Below are positions 55,953 to 64,000 of a stretch of DNA of 64,000 nucleotides, in pieces (the first letter of the stretch is position 1; each line of letters opens with the position of its first letter). The DNA lies in assembly GCA_012295275.1 (NCBI GenBank), contig CM022678.1, positions 13,640,001-13,704,000 of the forward strand, in the 5' to 3' direction. Under the pieces are notes generated by a model. The model made no database searches. It was not told where the DNA came from and saw only the letters and a list, made by a program, of their open reading frames with translations. Source of the DNA: Chrysomallon squamiferum. Taxonomy: Eukaryota; Animalia; Mollusca. Position numbers and translations under genes: made by a program.

Positions 55953-57237
55953 AAAAGAAGAAAGTAATAATAAAATAAAATAAAATATGCAGACAAAAAT
56001 TAAAAAACAAATAATCTGATGTTACATCAAGTAAAATAGAAACCTATTCTTATTAAAATGACAAAAACAACAACAAAAATAATAAAATAAAACATATATA
56101 ATAATGAATCTGAAAAAATTACATAAAAAGAGTTAATTAATTCTCACATAAAACAAAAATCCTACTGAATCCAAATTAAAACAAGATAATTTTAAAAATA
56201 AGTGCTTTATGAAATAAACCAAGATGAATAATTCTCAGTATAATTTTGTCATTATGACTATTCATAATAAAGTTAATGCAAAGAATACAAAATTTTAATG
56301 ATAAAGTGAGTTCGTTAAATATAATTCTATACTTTAATTACTAACTAATAAAATGAATGAAATTATAATATTCCAAAATATCTCTAATTTCTAATAAGAA
56401 AATTTAATTATTTTCCACTAACATTATCACTACCTTTTTAATCATACATTGAAAAAAATAAAGTAACTGGAAATACAATTTAATATAAATAAATAACAGT
56501 TTGAGAAGAATTAAATCATTTTAATTACTGCTGTCAAAGAGGGGGTAATTATATATGATATAAAACTCATAGCATTAGTTAGTATTACTCTGTACAGATT
56601 TAAAATTTTCTATTGAATACTAATAAATAAATAAATAAATATATGTAATATTAAATTGAAAGTATTCTACACATGGAAATAACTCTTATTAACAATTCTA
56701 CAGTAACAAAAACAAAAAATAAAAATAATAATAATAATAATATAAATAAATAAATAAATAAAAATAAAATAATTTCTAAAATAATAAAATAAATTTTCTT
56801 ACATTCTCTGGCTCGATGATTGACACCTAAACACAACCAACAGAGAAGAGAAGAAACCAGTCATTTGATATATATATATATTTATACACACATATACATA
56901 TAAAACAATATAACATTAATTTTTTTTTTTTTATATCTTTTTATAGCCTCTTTATATACACAGGCGAAAAAATTTCCATTACCGTTTTTGCCCATTATTT
57001 GGATTTATTTCATACTGACATCTTTCTATTCAATAGATGACGGAAGTATGATGTATTTAAGCCATGTTTTGTTGTTGTTCCACAGTTACAAGATAGCATA
57101 CTCCCCACAGTGCAGATTGAAATGTATTTCAGTTTCAATTTAATGACTATTTTTAATAAAGGATTTTTAAACAGATATTAAATAATGCAACCAATATAAA
57201 TATATATATATTTTAAATAATACATATATTTGTTTGA

Positions 57238-57313
<76 letters not shown>

Positions 57314-59504
57314 TTTCTTATACTAATAATTTACCTTTTTCACTAACACTTTCACTCTCAATTTCTTGTTCTTCGCAACTTGAACACTCCGGTGTTGATC
57401 TAACATCATCATCAGAGCTGCTTATTGAATGCTGTCTCTGTTTCTTGCCACGTTTGTGTCTGTGAGGTTTTGGTGGTGGAGGGCGTACACAGTCTGATGG
57501 GTCAGAACTTAATGAATCATTGCGTAACATACTTTCCAATTTTTTACGATTATTTCGTGATGTTCTAGAGGCTGCAGAACTAGGATCTAAATGCTGTTTA
57601 TTTTTGCCCTCATTAAATCGATCCATTTCCCGAGAATCTTCCGATGCTGTTGGTGTATCACTGGCTTGGTCTATTAATATTCTATGGCGTGGTATTTGTG
57701 TGTCTTTAAAATCTACATTCTCTATATCTTTGTACCGGTGAGTATCACGTTCCTTACTTGGTGACCGACGCTGTTCTTTCACACTACGGTCTCTATGGTG
57801 ACGACCACTGCCCCGCCTCTCTACATGGGCATCATCACCTTGCATATCCAAGTTACGTTGGTCTCTAATTTCCTGCCTTCCATCTATCATATCCAATTTG
57901 CGAAGTTCTCTCCCATCATGAATCTCAACTCTTGCATCATGAATGTCTGTATACTCCCTATGCCCATTTGTTGGTTGCCTGTATCTTTCACCCTGTCCAT
58001 CTTTCCGTCTCTCTTTCCCTGCATCTCTTCTTCGTTCACTTGTTTCTCTGTCATCCAATCTTTCATGTCGTCTGTCATGGGCTGGCTGAGATGAATCTCT
58101 GTAAAACATTCACATCAACCATGTAAAAGAAGCAATATATAAAATTATATACCTCTAACCTTTTTAACTATGGCTACATACATAGGTAGAAATAACAATA
58201 ATTAATATTCTATATCTGTCAAAATTATAACTAATAACCATCTTATTTAAATACAAAATTGCATTATCACTTTAATAATGTATTATAAAACCAGAAGTAT
58301 CAGAAATAAATTTATAAATGAAAAAATGTATATTTAAAATAAAAATTTGTTTTTAACTTTGTAAAACCATCAGTTATTAACTGAAAAACCTGAAAGAACA
58401 ACTTTCCCTGTGAGCATTACTCTAAAAAGTAATAATTCAATGTTTCCATTAAAAAAAAATATGAATACTGAAAACCACGATTGAACCTCCTTAAAAAACT
58501 AGGACCACAGAAAATAAATTACCAGATACACAGCTACATTCCTATCAATGCTTGAATAACAAAAGAAATAACTTAACATGCTATTTAAACTAGAAACATT
58601 TCAAATTAATAAACATTCTTGTCATTTCAATTAGCATCTTACCATAGCTACAGTAAAATGAAATTCTTACAAGGATTACTTAGCATTAAAACAGCATATT
58701 GTAAATATATACACAAACAGATTATATGTTCACATTAACATTCAAATTCATCTATATTTATGTAAAATATAAATCTGAATCATGATCAAAGATATATATA
58801 TATATATATATAAAACTTTGCTGTAAATTGATCTATAAGAGTTACCTATGGCGTTCTCTACTTTCACTTTTTCTTTCAGCTCCTTCTCTGTGTGGTTCTC
58901 CTTCTCGTTTAATTCTTTCCATCTTATGTTGATTTGGTCTATCTACTGACAGATCACGAGACCTCTGACCTGCATGCCGATCATGACCATGACCTTCTAA
59001 CTCACGATTATAACGTCTGTCAGTCTCACTAATTCTACTCTCACTACTGTGACGATGTCTTGCTGGACTTCGATCTTTCCCACGTCCTCGTTCAGGAATC
59101 TGCCCATGTTCGCGTAACTTCTCCTGCTCACTGATCAGCCTGCTGTCTGCTCCAGGGCCAGCCTGGGGGTGCGTTAAATCTTTAATGTCTGTCTTTTTGT
59201 CTGTCATTGCATCAGACATAGAATATTGACGTTTAAGTTCCCTGCCTTGCATACTACCAGTTCTCACTATGCTAACTTTTTCTAGTTTTTCAATATTTTC
59301 CTTCTCTGATCCCTGACTGTCCAACATCTTTGGTTTTTTCTCATTTGGTGGACTGGGGTCTGTTTTTGTTGACATCGTTTCACTCCCTGAAGCAGTGTCA
59401 CCAACATCAAGGGCAACAGGTCTGGCCATTCCCCCATGATACCATGCCCCAGTTTTTGCCAGCAGTTCCTGTTTCTTTCTGCACAAATTGCATGCCCATA
59501 TTAT
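35982..59504 (-). CDS. RIMS: Regulating synaptic membrane exocytosis protein (RIM/unc-10), 5'-incomplete: second half of Zn finger, PDZ, C2A, C2B
   Basis: Exons 59504-58846 (IIWACNLCRKKQELLAKTGAWY), 58098-57335 (LRNDSLSSD), 55213-55140 or 54050-53854, 51025-50911 (HPVTWQ), 50580-50473 and 50136-50013 (PDZ: GLKVIGG, GHLRPGDEVVEWNG), 49754-49699, ~49581-49391, 49092-48962, 43679-43514 and 43316-43209 (C2A), 43067-42944, 42404-42279, 41102-40916, 40608-40475, 40017-39879, 39345-39209, 38885-38756, 38433-38204, 37898-37766, 37319-37102 (FVEGLGPSQLVGRQVL), 36849-36710 (RRTLDPLYQQQL), 36200-35982 (VWGDYGRMDKKVFMG). The start lies beyond the window. Confidence 0.95.
36447..36690. repeat. ~32-bp minisatellite, ~7-8 copies, in the last RIM intron
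   Basis: GATAACT recurs at 36547, 36579, 36611, 36643, 36674. Unit ~AAGATAACTTTGCTATAACAAAGTGTTTAAGA, more degenerate leftward. Confidence 0.85.
45325..46772. repeat. 45-bp minisatellite (43- and 47-bp variants), ~32 copies, in the RIM intron splitting C2A
   Basis: Unit GTCACAGATGACGAGTTCAGTATTACAGTCTGTTGTGTTGTACAT repeated head-to-tail without spacers. Confidence 0.97.
52488..52547 (-). CDS. RIMS: Candidate RIM cassette exon, 60 nt (KPPTQRRYSLPSSSLINLDC)
   Basis: TTTTTTTTAAG| acceptor, |GTATGT donor, phase 0-0 matching neighbouring exons, open frame, GC-richer than flanks. Confidence 0.5.
56803..56826 (-). CDS. RIMS: Candidate RIM micro-exon, 24 nt (GVNHRARE)
   Basis: Pyrimidine tract plus TGTTTAG| acceptor, |GTAAGA donor, phase 1-1, open frame. 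Confidence 0.45.
57239..57311. repeat. (TG)n microsatellite next to a RIM donor site
   Basis: Direct reading. Confidence 0.95.
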
Positions 59505-61288
59505 CTGCAAGTCAAAATGAAATACATTTAATATATGAAAAATAATTTTAGTGATGATTGCAATTTAAGAATGAATCAAATGTTAACCTTAAATTTTATC
59601 TCTGGTGTAATATAACTGGACAATTACATTACATTGTTTCCATCTGATTGCTTTACTTAATTTTTATTTAATTTAAATGACCTGTCATTACTAATTAATA
59701 AAGCATGACAATAAATTTAAATATCACAAAATGGTTTGTGTTGTCTGCATTTATTTTTATAAAATGTAATCATAATAAAAAAACAACAAAAAACAACAAT
59801 AACAACAACATGTAATTATACTATGTTTTATTAATTTATAAATAAGACTTTATTCTGATTGAAAGTTAAAGAAACAAAGGCCATGACACTGCACATGATA
59901 ATGTTGTATTAGACATTACAATATTTATTCTATTTATTAGCTATGTTGCTGAGAGAAAAATAAGATTAAGTAAAATTAACGGATCAGTATGAAAGAGTTT
60001 AGTAACAAACCAAGTATCATTCTGGTTATGTGGCAATCACCATGACTGGTGTAAGCACTCTTAAATTCTTTGTATGTAACTCACACACCTAACAGAATTG
60101 TGTGACAAACATTATACCTACATGATTTTCCTATACCAGGTCTGGTTTTGTTTTACAGAAATATATTAATGTAGATGTACAAAAAACAGTAAGTATGTTA
60201 GCAAACATAAGGAGTGTACTTGTATCAATTCTTACATTTTACTCTTACCTTGTTCAATTAGTTATATTATTTACAGTAATATTAAAAATAGGATTATCTA
60301 TTTAATTACTTATTCCTGAAACAAAATATTTTGTTATAAACATTAACAGTTATGTTTAGTTACTAACACAAATAAGCAGGTGTTCATGCAAGTAAGACCA
60401 CAAAAAGGTTTACTAAACTTTATAAATAATGTTGACAATAATAAGTTGCTTTCTGCAAGTTGTACTGTATTTATGTTCAAAACTAAAATAAGTGAAATAA
60501 AATCATGCTATATGTCTCATAAGTGCCGTTCCAAACCAGCAAGCTTAATATAATATCCAAACAAATGGCTTTCATTTGGAGTTATGTAAATTAAACATAT
60601 ATCTTAATTTCAGTTATGCATTCTTTCACATTAATCAATATACACTTAAAATATGCTTTTTCATATCTAGTAATTTGTATGAAATGGAAAAAAAAGAAGG
60701 AATCTGTAATGTTTCTAAAACTGAAACAATATCACAAGACTAAATTTAAGAAATAAAAAATCAAAAGGTGCAGTTGTGATGTGAAAGTATCTTCAAAAAA
60801 CAAAACAAAAATCAAATCAAATCAAATCAAATAAATTAATAATCAAGTATTTTTAAAAAATGCTGCTGAATCAAGTATTTTTGCAAAATCATGCAAATAG
60901 AATAATTTACACACACAAATACAATTAATATACACAAATGCACGCAGCTACACACCCACACCCATACACCCGCTAAACTATATAATATCAGTTAACATCA
61001 TATATATTAAATCACATGCACACACACACTAACGCAATCAATGCTTAAAGTGAATATGCACACAAAGCTTTACCTGAGGGTATTTCCACTCACACACGTT
61101 CAAAACAAACATACTTAAATATATGACAAATACATACACCTTCAAGCAGACACATATATACATTCACAAGATGTAAGCAAATATATGTGCACATACACAA
61201 ATATAAATTAATATTCTAAGAAATACTAAACTGTGAGAAAGAAAGAAAAAAAACTAATATAAGAAGCCTAACATGCAGATATACTGAC

Positions 61289-61336
61289 CTTTTGTTCTGG
61301 AACCGACCCCGGGGCCCCTACAGGGAACAGTCCCGG
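61289..61336 (-). CDS. RIMS: Candidate RIM cassette exon, 48 nt (PGLFPVGAPGSVPEQK), within the zinc finger
   Basis: CTTCTTTTCAG| acceptor, AAG|GTCAGT donor, phase 0 matching the exon at 59504, GC-rich island in an AT-rich intron. Confidence 0.55.
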
Positions 61337-62969
61337 CTGAAAAGAAGAATTTGTTTGTTTCAAAAGAAATAGAGAAGGCTTACAGCTCAGTAAAGTTAAG
61401 CCATGTACTGACTGGTTAATACTGATCTCAAAACAATAAAAACGCACAAACTGATAGAGAGAAAGATGGAACACTGGACATTTTGATTATTTAAAAAAAG
61501 ATCAGTTACAATTATGGCACAAACTGATAGATGGAAAGCAAAAAAGACAGACATGTGGTTGCATGCATAAATGTTTATATGTATCTGGATAGAAGAGTAA
61601 TTTCTTAATTGGACATGTTAGTGTATGAATGTATAGATAAGTCAATACATTCAGAAAATAATATTTTTCATTAAACAACTTATTTTTAGGAAATGAAAAA
61701 TCAATATCCTAAAATAATCTTTGATCAAAACATCTAGCCATGTTAATAATAATAATAAAATGTTTCCTTTTAGAAATGAAAAAATAGTTATTATAATTAT
61801 TATTTATATAAATATTTTAAATTAAAGATTTATATTATGATTTTCTATTTTCGAGTTGCCTGACACAATTAAAGTGTTCCCTTTGAATGATTACAAATAA
61901 AAACATCTGCAAAGTATATTTAATAGCTATACACAGACTGCACATATGATCTAAATAAATGCCTGCACACCAATATGCAAGCTACTTATTTACTGACTCA
62001 TGGACCTAATAAAAGTATGGTAACACTGAGCAGTTACCTACTCTTGAGATAAAAACCTTCCCCAGACATTTACAGATATATTGGAAGACTATTACAATTG
62101 TTAACTATTCAGTAATTTGTCCCTGGAGACAAGTTTCTCGATAATATGCGAGACAAGAGTTATTCCCCTTGGATAATTAGATATGCCAAGATGGCCACTA
62201 GGATATATAGACTTTCATTTCAGTAATGTAACATGACATGGCCAAAGCATAATAGATCACAAAACTGGTTTTCATAGGCTGACTCACTAGGTAAAAATAT
62301 TTGAATATAGACATTATTTAGTTTATGTGTGTGTGTGTGTGCAAATGTGTACTCACAAAATACTTCATTGATTGGACAGAAAAATATTGGACAGATAAAT
62401 ATATAACAAAGAGAAACAAGATAATCTTGCATCTGAGTTTAATTATCTGCATGTATGGAAATATGTACAAACGGACAGATGTATGAGTCTGTGTGTGTGA
62501 ATCAGATTATATGATATTAATTATTTATATAACACATAGTATGTGTGTATTAAAAATTATGTTCTAGCATGAATATCCATGAAGAACCCAGAATATTTGA
62601 CACATTAAAGTAATGACATCATTAATATGACAAGATTCCAGGCTGACATATACTTCTTGCGAAACTGACTCCCTCTGGGGATTATTTCAAATATCATCCA
62701 TATTTTCTCAATTTTACATTCATCTAAATAAATAATAAATACTTCATTATATACATGGGTATAAATAAGTCTGAGAAACAGAGCTGGACAATACACTTCT
62801 GATAGATCTAGAGTACCTGCACGAAGAAGTAAATACTCTGTTAAGTCTGAAGTACAGAAAATATATTGAAGTTTTAAAGTACAGTGAGGTATACTGATAT
62901 CAAACATGTGGTAATTAAAAGGACACTGATAGATACTGCCATTTTAAAACACACCTGCTTTTGCAAATA

Positions 62970-63643
62970 CAGTGGTACCTTGACTTATGAATTTAATTTG
63001 TTCCCTGCCCAAGCTCGTAATTCAAATTTACTTGTATATCGAATCAGTTTTCCCAAATGAAATTAATTGAAATACCATTATTAGTTTGTTACAGGCCCCA
63101 AAAACCACCACAATTTTTGGAATGTTTTTAAAATAAGAAAAATATATATAAATGACAAATTTTATATAAAAACAAAATAAAAGAGAATGTAAACAAATAA
63201 ATTGGTTTTGTAAAGTGAACAGGGTTAGGGTTTCTCCATCTTTTCATGGACAGAGGTCTGCAGTTAGAAATTATTTTGATGCATTTGGCTGGAGTTACAG
63301 TCTTTATCAACTCCTTCTGCTTCAGGATGGTACACATCGTAAAAGTACTATGCTCGTACTGCCAAGCCATGTTGATTACACACACACCTTGCCAATGTTT
63401 TTTTATAATTTCATGCATTATTTCAATGGACATCATCTGCTTCTACTTCACTTTCTTAAAATACTGCACAAAATGCAAGCATAAACGTGAAGCAAATGAG
63501 TGAACCATGGGATGCTGGGCAGATGTTGTGTTGTTGGTTGTGCCAAATAGCTCATAATTTGGATTTTGTCTCGTAGCTCAAAGCAAAAAATCGAATGGGT
63601 GGCTGCTCATAGCTTGGGAAACTCATAACTCAAAGTACCACTG
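62970..63643 (-). mobile_element. Internally deleted Tigger/pogo (Tc1-mariner superfamily) element, 674 bp
   Basis: TA TSDs at 62968-69 and 63644-45. TIRs CAGTGGTACCTTGACTTATGAATTT vs (reverse complement) CAGTGGTACTTTGAGTTATGAGTTT. Remnant N-terminal HTH of a Tigger transposase on - strand (MMSIEIMHEIIKKH...STFTMCTILKQKELIK). No DDE domain. Confidence 0.88.
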
Positions 63644-64000
63644 TATTGGTCTAAACTGATTTCAAGGGCAGCCATTACAAAATATAGCTAAAAGCGTAAT
63701 GAAAACAAAAATCTAAAATGGCAGTACTGTAGAAATCTTCCTGTTTTCATAGTGTAGGATTCAACTGAAAATATTTTTGTGCATTCCAGACAATTACAAA
63801 TAAACTATAAACTGAAAAATAAAAAGCAACATAGATCATACCCTACCATTATTTATAAAGTTTGGTAAACCTGCTGAATAATGTAGAAATGTGGTATAAA
63901 TACAGTTTCAACCTTTTATTTTGACAAATAATAAACTGCAGTAGATATTAAAAAAAATTAAAAAAATAAACCAAAAACACAGCTTTGTACTTTGTGCAAG

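Overview
AT-rich, intron-containing animal genomic DNA rich in microsatellites. It is an invertebrate, probably a mollusc or other lophotrochozoan (inference from gene content and repeat style). Six protein-coding genes were reconstructed by hand from GT-AG boundaries with consistent reading phase: (1) a GMEB-like SAND/KDWK transcription factor (-, 141-5362); (2) an agmatine deiminase/PAD_porph-family enzyme with an intronless CDS (-, 7686-8660); (3) FAAP24 (-, 9358-12058); (4) a plant-type class II PRPP synthetase (-, 13643-17583); (5) a probably lipid-anchored ARM-TIR-SAM protein retaining the TIR catalytic Glu (+, 18740-23341), head-to-head with the PRPP synthetase; (6) the 3' part of RIM/unc-10 (-, 35982 to beyond the window), with candidate mutually exclusive and micro-exons. 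Also present are a decayed Buster-type hAT transposon with a perfect 8-bp TSD, an internally deleted Tigger element, 45-bp and 32-bp minisatellites, and a 54-bp palindrome. The best candidate for an undescribed system is the divergent PRPP synthetase / ARM-TIR-SAM pair, which could couple NAD+ cleavage to PRPP-dependent NAD+ salvage. That functional link is inference only. No CRISPR array, tRNA or rRNA was seen. Many M starts in the supplied ORF track are TTG/GTG and not real.
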